From an uncultured virus (IMG/VR IMGVR_UViG_3300017714_000002) (taxonomy: Duplodnaviria; Heunggongvirae; Uroviricota; Caudoviricetes): 20,000 nt of DNA. The number at the start of each line of letters is the position of its first letter. The first letter of the stretch is position 1. Position numbers and translations under genes: made by a program. Below are positions 8,491 through 17,460 of the stretch, in pieces. The notes under the pieces are model-generated. The model made no database searches, was not told where the DNA came from, and saw only the letters and a program-made list of their open reading frames with translations. The stretch lies in the IMG/VR virus record IMGVR_UViG_3300017714_000002. The stretch is one strand, 5' to 3'.

Positions 8491-10812
8491 ATGATGACAG
8501 CAATAAAAACAATAATCAAAAAAAGAGATGGTACAGAAGAAGAACTTGACCTTGAGAAGATGCATAAGGTTGTATTTTACGCCTGCGAAAATATTACAGG
8601 TGTAAGTGCTAGTGAAGTAGAAATTAAAAGTCACTTACAATTTTATAATGGAATTGAGAGTGCAGATATTCAAGAAACATTAATTAAAGCGGCGGCTGAT
8701 CTTATATCAGAAGAAACACCAAATTATCAATGGGTAGCTGGTAGACTTATTAACTACCATTTACGTAAACAAGTTTATGATAAATTTGAACCACCACATT
8801 TACGAGAGATAGCTCGTATGAATGTTGATCGTGGTTTATATGATCCAGAATTTTTTTCTGCTTATGATGAAAATGAAATTAATCAAATGGAAGAGTTTAT
8901 TAAACATGAACGTGATGAAGATATGACATATGCGGCCATGGAACAATTTCGTGGAAAGTATCTAGTACAAAATAGAGCAACAGGTGAAATATTTGAAACA
9001 CCACAAGTATGTTATATGATGATTTCAGCAACATTGTTTAGTCAATATCCAAAAGAAGAAAGAATGAAATGGGTTAAAGATTACTATGACGCAATTAGTA
9101 ATTTTGATATTAGTTTGCCTACGCCAGTAATGGCAGGTGTACGTACACCACAAAGACAATTCTCTTCTTGCGTTCTAGTAGAAACTGATGACGATTTAGA
9201 TAGTATTAATGCTACATCATCTGCTATTGTAAAATATGTTTCACAGAAAGCAGGTATTGGTATTGGCGGTGGTTCTATTCGTGCCATTGGTTCAAAAATT
9301 AGAAACGGTGATGCAACACATACAGGTGTTATTCCTTTTTATAAATTATTTCAAAGTTCAGTCAAGTCATGTAGTCAAGGTGGTGTTCGTGGTGGAGCGG
9401 CTACGTTATACTATCCTATTTGGCACTTAGAAGTTGAAGACTTGCTTGTACTTAAAAATAATAAAGGTACAGAAGATAATCGTGTAAGACATATGGATTA
9501 TGGCGTACAGTTTAATAAATTAATGTATGAACGTTTACTTACAAATGGTAATATTACACTTTTCTCACCTGCAGATGTTCCAGGCTTATATGATGCATTT
9601 TTTGCTGATCAAGATAAGTTTAAAGAAATATATGAGAAAGCTGAAAAGAAAACTGGAATTAGAAAAAAAGTTCTTAAAGCATCTGAGTTATTTGGAATGT
9701 TTATGGAAGAACGTAAAAATACAGGAAGAGTTTATTTGATGAATGTAGATCATGCTAATTCGCATGGTTCGTTCAAGCCTGAACTAGCACCTATTAAACA
9801 AAGTAACTTATGTTGTGAAATTAATTTACCTACTAAACCTTTGTATAGTGTTAGAGACAAAGAAGGTGAAATTAGTTTATGTACGTTAAGTGCAATCAAT
9901 TGGGGAAATATTAGTGAACCTAGTAAGTTTAAAAAAGTTTGTAAATTAGCAGTACGTGGATTAGATGCATTATTAGACTATCAACAATATCCAGTATTAG
10001 CGGCAGAATTAAGCACAATGAAACGTAGACCATTAGGTATAGGTATTATTAACTTTGCATATTGGTTAGCAAAAAATGATTTAACATATCAGAATATTGG
10101 CAAACGTGGATTAGCTAAAGTAGACGAATGGGCAGAAGCTTGGAGTTATTACTTAATAGAAGCAAGTGTAGAACTTGCAGAAGAATATGGACCAATAACT
10201 GGTACAGGTGAAACAAGATACGGTGATGGTATTACACCTAATATGACATACAAAAAAGAATTAGATGAACTAGTACCACATAAAGAACGTATGCCTTGGG
10301 AAGAACTACGTGAAAGATTAAGAAATAGTGGTATTCGTAACAGTACATTAATGGCTCTTATGCCTGCTGAAACGTCAGCACAAATAAGCAATAGTACTAA
10401 CGGTATTGAGCCACCACGTGCATTTGTAAGTGTAAAGCAATCAAAACATGGTGTTTTGAAACAGGTTGTACCTGGATATGCACGTCTAAAGAATAAATAT
10501 GATCTACTATGGACTCAAAAAAGTCCAGAAGGTTATTTAAAGATTATGGCCGTTCTCCAGAAGTATATTGATCAGGGCATATCGGTAAATACAAGTTATA
10601 ACCCGGAGTTTTTTCCAGACGAGAAGATTCCATTAAGTGTTATGCTACAACATCTTGTAATGTTTTACAAGTACGGTGGTAAACAGTTGTATTATTTTAA
10701 TACATATGATGGTCAAGGTGAGATTGAATTTAAAAGCAAACCACTTAAAGGCCGTGAAGACTTTGAATCAGATGAACAGTACGACGACTATTGTGAAAGT
10801 TGCGTAATTTAG
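8491..10812 (+). CDS. nrdA: ribonucleoside-diphosphate reductase class Ia alpha subunit
   Basis: ATP cone (KRDG), SLPTPVMAG, QFSSCVL, SCSQGGVRGG, QSNLCCEI, LMPAETSAQ, KQLYY, C-terminal CESC. AGGA RBS at 8485-8488 favours ATG 8491/8494 over TTG 8476. Confidence 0.98.
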   Translation: MMTAIKTIIKKRDGTEEELDLEKMHKVVFYACENITGVSASEVEIKSHLQFYNGIESADIQETLIKAAADLISEETPNYQWVAGRLINYHLRKQVYDKFEPPHLREIARMNVDRGLYDPEFFSAYDENEINQMEEFIKHERDEDMTYAAMEQFRGKYLVQNRATGEIFETPQVCYMMISATLFSQYPKEERMKWVKDYYDAISNFDISLPTPVMAGVRTPQRQFSSCVLVETDDDLDSINATSSAIVKYVSQKAGIGIGGGSIRAIGSKIRNGDATHTGVIPFYKLFQSSVKSCSQGGVRGGAATLYYPIWHLEVEDLLVLKNNKGTEDNRVRHMDYGVQFNKLMYERLLTNGNITLFSPADVPGLYDAFFADQDKFKEIYEKAEKKTGIRKKVLKASELFGMFMEERKNTGRVYLMNVDHANSHGSFKPELAPIKQSNLCCEINLPTKPLYSVRDKEGEISLCTLSAINWGNISEPSKFKKVCKLAVRGLDALLDYQQYPVLAAELSTMKRRPLGIGIINFAYWLAKNDLTYQNIGKRGLAKVDEWAEAWSYYLIEASVELAEEYGPITGTGETRYGDGITPNMTYKKELDELVPHKERMPWEELRERLRNSGIRNSTLMALMPAETSAQISNSTNGIEPPRAFVSVKQSKHGVLKQVVPGYARLKNKYDLLWTQKSPEGYLKIMAVLQKYIDQGISVNTSYNPEFFPDEKIPLSVMLQHLVMFYKYGGKQLYYFNTYDGQGEIEFKSKPLKGREDFESDEQYDDYCESCVI

Positions 10813-10825
10813 TAGAGGGAATAAA

Positions 10826-11953
10826 ATGGGCGTTATTAATATTAAGAATGAAAAATATCATACAGAAGCAAATGCTTTTTTAGATGGTGATTTAGGATTT
10901 CAAAGATACGATACTTTAAAATATAAACAGTTTGATAAATTGACTGATAAACAATTAGGTTTCTTTTGGAGACCTGAAGAAGTTGATGTAAGTAAAGATG
11001 CAAAAGACTTTAAAGATCTTACAGAGCATGAACAACATATTTTTACAAGTAATCTAAAACGTCAAATTCTTTTAGATAGTGTTCAAGGTAGAGCTCCTAA
11101 TGAAGCATTTAGTCCTATCGTTAGTTTACCAGAATTAGAAAATTGGATTATTACTTGGACATTCTCAGAAACAATTCACAGTAGAAGCTATACTCATATT
11201 ATTAGAAATGTATATGCTGATCCTACTAAAGTTTTTGATGAGCTAACTGACAGTAAAGAGATAGTTGATTGTGCAGGTGATATTTCTAAATACTATGATG
11301 ATTTAATTGAACTAACAAGTTATTATAATTTGTTAGGAACAGGTAAGCATAAAGTAAACGGAAAAGAAGTTAATGTTGATCTGTATGACTTAAAGAAAAA
11401 ATTATGGTTAACTTTAAATAGTGTTAACATTTTAGAAGGTGTTAGATTCTATGTTTCATTTGCTTGTAGTTGGGCGTTTGCTGAGCTTAAGAAAATGGAA
11501 GGTAATGCAAAGATTATTAAGTTTATTGCACGTGATGAGAATGTTCACCTAGCAAGTACGCAATATGCATTAACAAAAGTATTGCCAAAAGAAGATCCAG
11601 ACTTTGAAAAAATTAGAGTAGAATGCGAAGCTGAAGTTACAAAAATGTTTATAGACGCAGTTGATCAAGAAAAGCAATGGGCAGATTATCTGTTTAAAGA
11701 TGGATCAATGATTGGTCTTAATTCAAAATTATTACAAGATTATATTGAATGGATTTGTTGTAAACGTATGACAGCTTTAGGTATGAAGTGTCCTTATAGT
11801 CCTGGCCAAGCTAACCCGTTACCTTGGACACAAAAATGGATAGCAGGAGCAGAGGTTCAAGTTGCACCACAAGAAACAGAAATTAGTAGTTACGTTATTG
11901 GTGGTGTTAAAAAAGATGTAGGTGAAGACACCTTTGAAGGAATGAGTTTATAA
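10826..11953 (+). CDS. nrdB: ribonucleoside-diphosphate reductase class Ia beta subunit
   Basis: FFWRPEEVD, QILLDSVQGR, SETIHSRSY (radical Tyr), LEGVRFYVSF, RDENVH, VAPQETEISSY. Confidence 0.98.
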   Translation: MGVINIKNEKYHTEANAFLDGDLGFQRYDTLKYKQFDKLTDKQLGFFWRPEEVDVSKDAKDFKDLTEHEQHIFTSNLKRQILLDSVQGRAPNEAFSPIVSLPELENWIITWTFSETIHSRSYTHIIRNVYADPTKVFDELTDSKEIVDCAGDISKYYDDLIELTSYYNLLGTGKHKVNGKEVNVDLYDLKKKLWLTLNSVNILEGVRFYVSFACSWAFAELKKMEGNAKIIKFIARDENVHLASTQYALTKVLPKEDPDFEKIRVECEAEVTKMFIDAVDQEKQWADYLFKDGSMIGLNSKLLQDYIEWICCKRMTALGMKCPYSPGQANPLPWTQKWIAGAEVQVAPQETEISSYVIGGVKKDVGEDTFEGMSL

Positions 11954-12207
11954 TGATAGAGATATGGGGTAAACCACAATGTGGTTATTGCGATGCCGCA
12001 AAAAGATTATGTGAATCAAGAAAATTTGAATTCGTCTATAAACAGTTAGGCGTAGATTTCAATAGGGAGCAAGTTTTTGAAAACTTCCCTGAAGCTAGAA
12101 CATTTCCACAAATTAAAGTATATGGTAAAGTAGTTGGTGGATATGATCAGTTTCTAAAATACATTGAAGACACTGGTTTTAATGGAACTGGTGAATCAAC
12201 AGGATAA
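11953..12207 (+). CDS. glutaredoxin (NrdC/GrxA-like)
   Basis: CGYC active site, RTFPQI cis-Pro motif, VGGYDQF; coupled to nrdB. Confidence 0.93.
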   Translation: MIEIWGKPQCGYCDAAKRLCESRKFEFVYKQLGVDFNREQVFENFPEARTFPQIKVYGKVVGGYDQFLKYIEDTGFNGTGESTG

Positions 12208-12210
12208 TAT

Positions 12211-12516
12211 ATGTTAATAGAAACACAATACCAAGTAGGTGATGTAGTAAGTATTAAACTTTCTTCTGGTGAAGAAATGATTGCAAGATTAGATACAGAA
12301 ACTGATGAAACAGTTACGTTAGCTAAACCTTACATACTTGTTGCCGCTCAAAACGGCATGGCCTTAGCGCCTTATATGTTTACCGTTAGTCCAGATACTA
12401 AGATCAAATTAAAGATAAATAGTATTATATGCATAGTTAAGTCTGCTAAAGACGCAAGTGATATGTATATCAAACAAAGTACAGGATTAACAGTAGCAAA
12501 TGCAACCAGTTCATAG
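12211..12516 (+). CDS. small beta-barrel (Sm-like) phage protein
   Basis: GDVVSIKLSSGEEMIARL...VTLAKP pattern resembles Sm-fold phage proteins; fold is inferred. Confidence 0.6.
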   Translation: MLIETQYQVGDVVSIKLSSGEEMIARLDTETDETVTLAKPYILVAAQNGMALAPYMFTVSPDTKIKLKINSIICIVKSAKDASDMYIKQSTGLTVANATSS

Positions 12517-12784
12517 ACACGGAGATAAACGTTCATGTGGTGCCTCAACAGAAGCACAAGGACATAGTAACGTTCATGTAAATAATCAACCTATTAGTGT
12601 TGATAGAGATCCAAATAGTCATGGCGGAGGTGCTCTTAACGCACAATGCAAAAATGTATTTGTAGGCAACAAATTAGTTGTTGTCGTTCCAAACGATTCC
12701 GATGCAGATAGATTTTGTCCATTACCTGGACATTGCAATCCAAAATCAGATAGTGGTAGTCCTGACGTTTATATAGGACAATAA
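12500..12784 (+). CDS. PAAR-like spike tip protein (T4 gp5.4-like)
   Basis: PVHRHGD..CG, NVHVNNQP, NVFVGNK and GSPDVYIG repeats with Cys/His candidates for metal binding. Confidence 0.85.
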   Translation: MQPVHRHGDKRSCGASTEAQGHSNVHVNNQPISVDRDPNSHGGGALNAQCKNVFVGNKLVVVVPNDSDADRFCPLPGHCNPKSDSGSPDVYIGQ

Positions 12785-12785
12785 C

Positions 12786-12983
12786 ATGATTAAGAATTTA
12801 AAAGACCTAGTTATAGTAGCTCTAACTGTAGGGGTACTTACATTACTAGGTGTTATTATAATTGGTGACTATTATGTTGCCTTGCAAGAAAATAGACCAG
12901 TAGACGAATCAGTAATTACTTTAATGAAAATGTCATTAACAGGAATGATTGGAATTATTGCAGGCTACATAGGATCAAAATAA
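12786..12983 (+). CDS. small two-transmembrane protein
   Basis: Two hydrophobic helices flanking ENRPVDES; AGGA RBS. Confidence 0.75.
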   Translation: MIKNLKDLVIVALTVGVLTLLGVIIIGDYYVALQENRPVDESVITLMKMSLTGMIGIIAGYIGSK

Positions 12984-12984
12984 A

Positions 12985-14709
12985 ATGAGTGTAGGTGATT
13001 TTAAAGACGGTTTAGAAGATTTTAATGATTATATCAACGGAACCAAAGTTGACATACCAACTGGTCAAGTTGATGTAGATGTTAATGATGGCACAATCAC
13101 CGCACAAACTCAAGCATACAGTTTAAAAGAAATTATTTGTAGTTTACTAGCAGGTAACGGAATTAAGTTACCTAATTTACAAATATGTTTAAAAGTAAAT
13201 CTTGGTAGACTAATACCAGAAATTCCAGAAGCACTAGCAGATCTAAGAGGAGCATTAGAAGATGCTGAAAAAGCTCTTGATGATTTTATAGCACACACAA
13301 ATATTGATAATGCATTAGGTAGATTAAATTCTGCCGTTGCTGAATTTGCGGCCATTGCAAATATGATTAACTTCTGTGGTACACCAGTTGTTCCACGTGC
13401 TATTCCAAATGTTCTTAGAGATGCAATGGGTAGTTTTGTAGGAGCAGGTAAAGATATACTTGACACACTAGGAACTATGGCAGACGGTGACATAGGTGGC
13501 TGTATAGGAACTGATGGGAAATTTAATCCAAATTTATTTACGAGTGGTATCTTAAAACGTCTAGGTGATCAAGTTGGCAATCTTGCTAACTTACCAGCTA
13601 ACATTCAACAAGGATTAATTGATGATTTAAATGCTTTTAAAACTGATATGGAAAACTTAATTGAATTTGAAAATAATTTTAAAGGTTCAAGTTCAACAGG
13701 TGGAAGTATATTTGCTCCTACAAATAGAGTAAACACAAATGTTGGTGTAGCAGTAGATAACGAAAATATGACACTAGCAAAAAGTCAACAATATGCTAGT
13801 AATTTACAATCATTGTATAACAGTTTAAAAGCATACGAAGTAGATGAAGCAGGAAATAATATATTTGCATATCTACTTGAACCAGAACTATTAGCAAAAT
13901 TAGAAAACGACGGTGCTCCTACAGTAGCACTAGCAGAAAGACAACCAATATATGATCATTGTGGTAGAGTAACAGGCTATACACAAAGAAGTATTCAAGC
14001 AGTACAAGAAACAAGTGTAGGTGATCCAGAACAAACTAATACACAACCAGGCTTGGCAGGATTAGCTGAAAGTGGTACAGTAGTTACATCATCACCTGCT
14101 ACAACAACAAATTTAGGTGGCGGCGGTAGCACAAGCTCAGGCTCGTCAGCAAGTTCAGCAAGTGGTGCAATAACAAATACACAATTACAAACAACACTAT
14201 CTAATTATGTAACAAGCACACAATTACAAACAGAATTAGCAAACTATCAACCTTCGATAGATTTGACTCCGTATGCTTTACAAACACAATTATTTTCAGG
14301 CAGTTATATAGATTTAACAAATAAACCAAACTTATTTGATGGAAACTATAATAGCCTAACTAACTTACCAACTATTCCAACAGACCTAAGCCAGCTAACA
14401 GATAATAATAATTTACTGTCAAGTGGTGGCGGTGGAAGTTATCCAACAAACCCAACATTTACAAGTGTAACAACAAATAATTTTACAGTCACAGGTACAG
14501 GCAACATAGTACTCGCAAGTGGTAATAACTTATCACTAACTGCAACACAAAGAGTAGAAGTAACAGGAAAGGTGCCAATGAAACTTGCAACAATGACAAC
14601 AGTAGAAAGAAATCAAATATCATCACCTGAAAGTGGCGATATGATTTATAATACTGATATTAACAAGTTTCAAGGTTACGCCAATAATGCGTGGGTAGAT
14701 TTAAATTGA
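12985..14709 (+). CDS. virion structural / tail fibre-like protein
   Basis: Helical N-domain, Gly/Ser linker, TQLQT-x-L-x-NY repeat, FSGSYIDLTNKP / FDGNYNSLTNLPTIP fibre repeats, C-terminal T-x-x-ERN...GDMIYNTD..KFQGY...W domain common in phage fibres. Confidence 0.75.
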   Translation: MSVGDFKDGLEDFNDYINGTKVDIPTGQVDVDVNDGTITAQTQAYSLKEIICSLLAGNGIKLPNLQICLKVNLGRLIPEIPEALADLRGALEDAEKALDDFIAHTNIDNALGRLNSAVAEFAAIANMINFCGTPVVPRAIPNVLRDAMGSFVGAGKDILDTLGTMADGDIGGCIGTDGKFNPNLFTSGILKRLGDQVGNLANLPANIQQGLIDDLNAFKTDMENLIEFENNFKGSSSTGGSIFAPTNRVNTNVGVAVDNENMTLAKSQQYASNLQSLYNSLKAYEVDEAGNNIFAYLLEPELLAKLENDGAPTVALAERQPIYDHCGRVTGYTQRSIQAVQETSVGDPEQTNTQPGLAGLAESGTVVTSSPATTTNLGGGGSTSSGSSASSASGAITNTQLQTTLSNYVTSTQLQTELANYQPSIDLTPYALQTQLFSGSYIDLTNKPNLFDGNYNSLTNLPTIPTDLSQLTDNNNLLSSGGGGSYPTNPTFTSVTTNNFTVTGTGNIVLASGNNLSLTATQRVEVTGKVPMKLATMTTVERNQISSPESGDMIYNTDINKFQGYANNAWVDLN

Positions 14710-16205
14710 TAGAACGTGAATATATTGTTACATTAAAATCAGACGTTGATTATGCACAGTTTAATCAAGAAATGATTGCGTCTACTGGCGCAGGTGATAT
14801 TCCTAATAGAACTGTAGATGTAGCAAATGCTAGACCAGGTAGTAAAAGAAATACACACTATGCCTTGAACGCATTAGAAGTAATTAAATTAAGAAAAGAT
14901 TCAAGAGTAGATGCAGTAGAACTACCACCAGAGCAAGACGACAATTTAATTATTGAACCCCTTGCCACTCAAACAGGAAATTTTTCAAAAACAACATCAG
15001 ATAGTGGCAATTATATGAATTGGGGTATGCGTAGATGCATAGAACAAAATAATCCTTATACATTCTCATCTCCAAGTGATGATCAATTTGCTTATACATT
15101 AGACGGTACAGGAGTTGATGTTGTAATACAAGACACAGGTATACAAATAGGTCACCCAGAGTTTAATGATGCAGATGGTAATAGTAGAATAAAACAAATT
15201 GATTGGTATGCTGAAAGTGGTATAAGTGGTTCAATGCCTTCTGGACATTATTCAGATTGGAATGGACATGGATCACATTGTGCAGGAACAGTAGCAGGTC
15301 TAAATTATGGCTGGGCTAAAAATGCACATATCTATAGTGTTAGAGTAAATTTGTCAGGTGATACACAAGGCTTTCCAGTTTCAGGAGCATTTGATATCAT
15401 TAAACTATGGCATAGAAATAAACCAATTACAAGTACAGGATACAGAAGACCAACAATAGTTAATATGAGTTGGGGAACAGGTACAGGGTTTGTTAATATT
15501 ACAGGTGGTAATTACAGAGGAACAAATTGGACAGGAACTAGTAAAAGAGCAGACTATGGAATGATAGGTGGTGGATTTTTTAGTAGACATCCAATAAGAG
15601 TAATTAGTACAGATGCAGATGTGCAGGAATTAGCCGATGAAGGTATACACGTTTGTATAGCGGCAGGAAATTCAAGACAAAAAATAGATGAAACAGGTGG
15701 TATAGATTATAATAACTATTATACTAATACTAACGGAACAAAAAATTATTATCACAGAGGTGGATCACCATTTGGTAATAACGCAATGATGATTGGTAAT
15801 TTAGATAGTAACTTGCACAGTGGTGGACTAGAACAAAAAGCAAGTTCAAGCGAAACAGGACCAGGAATTACAGTATATGCACCAGGAACAAATATAATGA
15901 GTGCATGGACAAATGAGAGTGGAGGAAGTACATATCATGCCAATAGTAATTATAAACAAAATAATATTACTGGTACAAGTATGGCAAGTCCACAGGTTTG
16001 TGGACTAGGTGCTTGTATACTACAGTTAGAACCTTACCATACCGCCGCATCATTGAAACAAAAAATTAGAAACTTGGCAAGCCAAGATAATATATATTCA
16101 TCAGGACTAGATGACGATTATTCCAACAGTAGATCCATACTAAATTCGGCGAATAAACTGCTATATACGCCTTTTAACAGTGGTTATCCTATAAAGACCA
16201 GTTAA
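14706..16205 (+). CDS. subtilisin-like S8 serine protease with prodomain
   Basis: YIVTLK prodomain start; triad VVIQDTG, HGSHCAGT, GTSMASP; oxyanion AAGN. Start is TTG 14706 (TTGA overlap) or GTG 14691; no signal peptide. Confidence 0.92.
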   Translation: MIEREYIVTLKSDVDYAQFNQEMIASTGAGDIPNRTVDVANARPGSKRNTHYALNALEVIKLRKDSRVDAVELPPEQDDNLIIEPLATQTGNFSKTTSDSGNYMNWGMRRCIEQNNPYTFSSPSDDQFAYTLDGTGVDVVIQDTGIQIGHPEFNDADGNSRIKQIDWYAESGISGSMPSGHYSDWNGHGSHCAGTVAGLNYGWAKNAHIYSVRVNLSGDTQGFPVSGAFDIIKLWHRNKPITSTGYRRPTIVNMSWGTGTGFVNITGGNYRGTNWTGTSKRADYGMIGGGFFSRHPIRVISTDADVQELADEGIHVCIAAGNSRQKIDETGGIDYNNYYTNTNGTKNYYHRGGSPFGNNAMMIGNLDSNLHSGGLEQKASSSETGPGITVYAPGTNIMSAWTNESGGSTYHANSNYKQNNITGTSMASPQVCGLGACILQLEPYHTAASLKQKIRNLASQDNIYSSGLDDDYSNSRSILNSANKLLYTPFNSGYPIKTS

Positions 16206-16258
16206 TGTACATAAAAGTAAAAAAGTTTAAAAAAACCAATAAAAATAACATTTCTTGG

Positions 16259-16287
16259 TTGACAAAAGAAGCTCTTGCCTGTATATT
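16259..16287 (+). promoter_or_regulatory. sigma70-type early promoter TTGACA-N17-TATATT with A-tract UP element
   Basis: TTGACA 16259-16264, TATATT 16282-16287, A-tracts at about 16211-16250. Confidence 0.85.
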
Positions 16288-16317
16288 AATACTTAATAAC
16301 TAACAAAAGAGGTAATT

Positions 16318-16740
16318 ATGATTAAAGTAATCTTTACAATGGCGTTAATAATGGGAATGTCAAGTTCTGTATTTGCAGGACAAAAGGCAAAACATCAAAC
16401 ATCACTAGATGTTGCACAAGATGATCTACAACATACTTTGGTATGTTTGCCAGATAGTGCGACAGCTACAACAGATGGCGTAATAAATGAAGAAATGAGT
16501 AAACAAATACTAAATGCAAGTATTACAAACAACGAAACATCAATTTGGTTGTACACAAACGAGTATAACGTAAAACAAGATGTAGGCGGTCCTGATCATA
16601 CTTGGATTGGAGTTAAAAATGTAAATGGTGTAGAAACTGTAGCAGAAATGAACTTTGTTACAATGATTCATACTATTACATCAACTTCAAATAATACAGT
16701 AGGTATACTTGTAAGTAAGTGTCATACACCTTATAAATAA
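16318..16740 (+). CDS. secreted/periplasmic hypothetical protein
   Basis: GAGGT RBS; Sec-type signal peptide ending SVFA; two Cys in the mature part. Confidence 0.8.
   Translation: MIKVIFTMALIMGMSSSVFAGQKAKHQTSLDVAQDDLQHTLVCLPDSATATTDGVINEEMSKQILNASITNNETSIWLYTNEYNVKQDVGGPDHTWIGVKNVNGVETVAEMNFVTMIHTITSTSNNTVGILVSKCHTPYK
16732..16739 (+). promoter_or_regulatory. T4-type late promoter TATAAATA
   Basis: Exact consensus overlapping the upstream stop. Confidence 0.65.
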
Positions 16741-16780
16741 AAGTATGAACGGCAATTAAAGGCTAATAGAGTAAAATAAT

Positions 16781-17062
16781 ATGAGAGCAACAAAATATGA
16801 AGATGGGATCAAAAGGATAAAAGCTAAGATCGAAGTACCTATGTGTATTGACGATGTTAGCACATATATCTTAAGTGCTTTTACTAGTAATATTGTTGAT
16901 TTAGCAAAAATTCAGAAACTAAACAAAAGAGAATTATTGCAATTAGCAAAAGACGAAGTAAGAGACAAGGGTACCGGTAAAATTTCTATAGAAACTGTTG
17001 ATAATGATACAAAAGTCATAGTAAAGAACTATGTAAAGCAGATGTTTCCTGAGTTACAATAG
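16781..17062 (+). CDS. hypothetical protein
   Basis: 93 aa ORF downstream of the late motif. Confidence 0.75.
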   Translation: MRATKYEDGIKRIKAKIEVPMCIDDVSTYILSAFTSNIVDLAKIQKLNKRELLQLAKDEVRDKGTGKISIETVDNDTKVIVKNYVKQMFPELQ

Positions 17063-17271
17063 TGGGCGACGATTTAGATCTTATCAACAGATATGAGAAA
17101 CTAGCTAATGATATTAATGATATATATCAGAAGTCAGAAGATCTTATAGGAACTTACACTTATGATGATGAAAGAGATACCTTCATTGATCCCTGGTCAA
17201 AGTTAGAAGATGTACTTGGAGTAGATATATTACTGCAAGTGGCAAAGGTTAATAGACAAGTTCAAGACTGA
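17062..17271 (+). CDS. small acidic hypothetical protein
   Basis: GTG start overlapping the previous TAG; fills the gap before the tRNAs. Confidence 0.6.
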   Translation: MGDDLDLINRYEKLANDINDIYQKSEDLIGTYTYDDERDTFIDPWSKLEDVLGVDILLQVAKVNRQVQD

Positions 17272-17272
17272 A

Positions 17273-17279
17273 CTAAATA
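17273..17279 (+). promoter_or_regulatory. variant late promoter CTAAATA before tRNA-Thr
   Basis: TAAATA core ending 7 nt before the tRNA 5' end; a second CTAAATA is at 17601-17607. Confidence 0.45.
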
Positions 17280-17286
17280 AAATTAT

Positions 17287-17362
17287 GCCGTTATAGCTCA
17301 GCTGGTAGAGCAACTGATTTGTAATCAGTAGGTCCGCGGTTCGAATCCGTGTAACGGCACCA
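17287..17362 (+). tRNA. tRNA-Thr(TGT)
   Basis: Acceptor GCCGTTA/TAACGGC, anticodon arm ACTGA-TTTGTAA-TCAGT, GGTTCGAATCC, encoded CCA; 76 nt. Confidence 0.97.
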
Positions 17363-17372
17363 TTAAGTATTT

Positions 17373-17457
17373 GCCCTTGTGGTGGAATTGGTAGACACGC
17401 AGGTCTTAGGAACCTGTGTCGCAAGACGTGAGAGTTCGAGTCTCTCCGAGGGCACCA
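17373..17457 (+). tRNA. tRNA-Leu(TAG)
   Basis: Acceptor GCCCTTG/CGAGGGC, CAGGT-CTTAGGA-ACCTG, long variable arm GTCGCAAGAC, encoded CCA; 85 nt. Confidence 0.97.
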
Positions 17458-17460
17458 AAT

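Noticed and set aside
8491..11953. Introns, inteins or homing endonucleases in nrdA/nrdB
   Set aside because: Both ORFs are uninterrupted and of normal class Ia length.
542..15590. Minus-strand and nested alternative-frame ORFs in the track (e.g. 542-781, 2059-2412, 6556-6993, 9527-9739, 13110-13493)
   Set aside because: All lie within well-supported + strand genes and show no recognisable motifs; they are shadow ORFs.
17230..17424. 64-aa minus-strand ORF
   Set aside because: It is the antisense of tRNA-Thr and tRNA-Leu.
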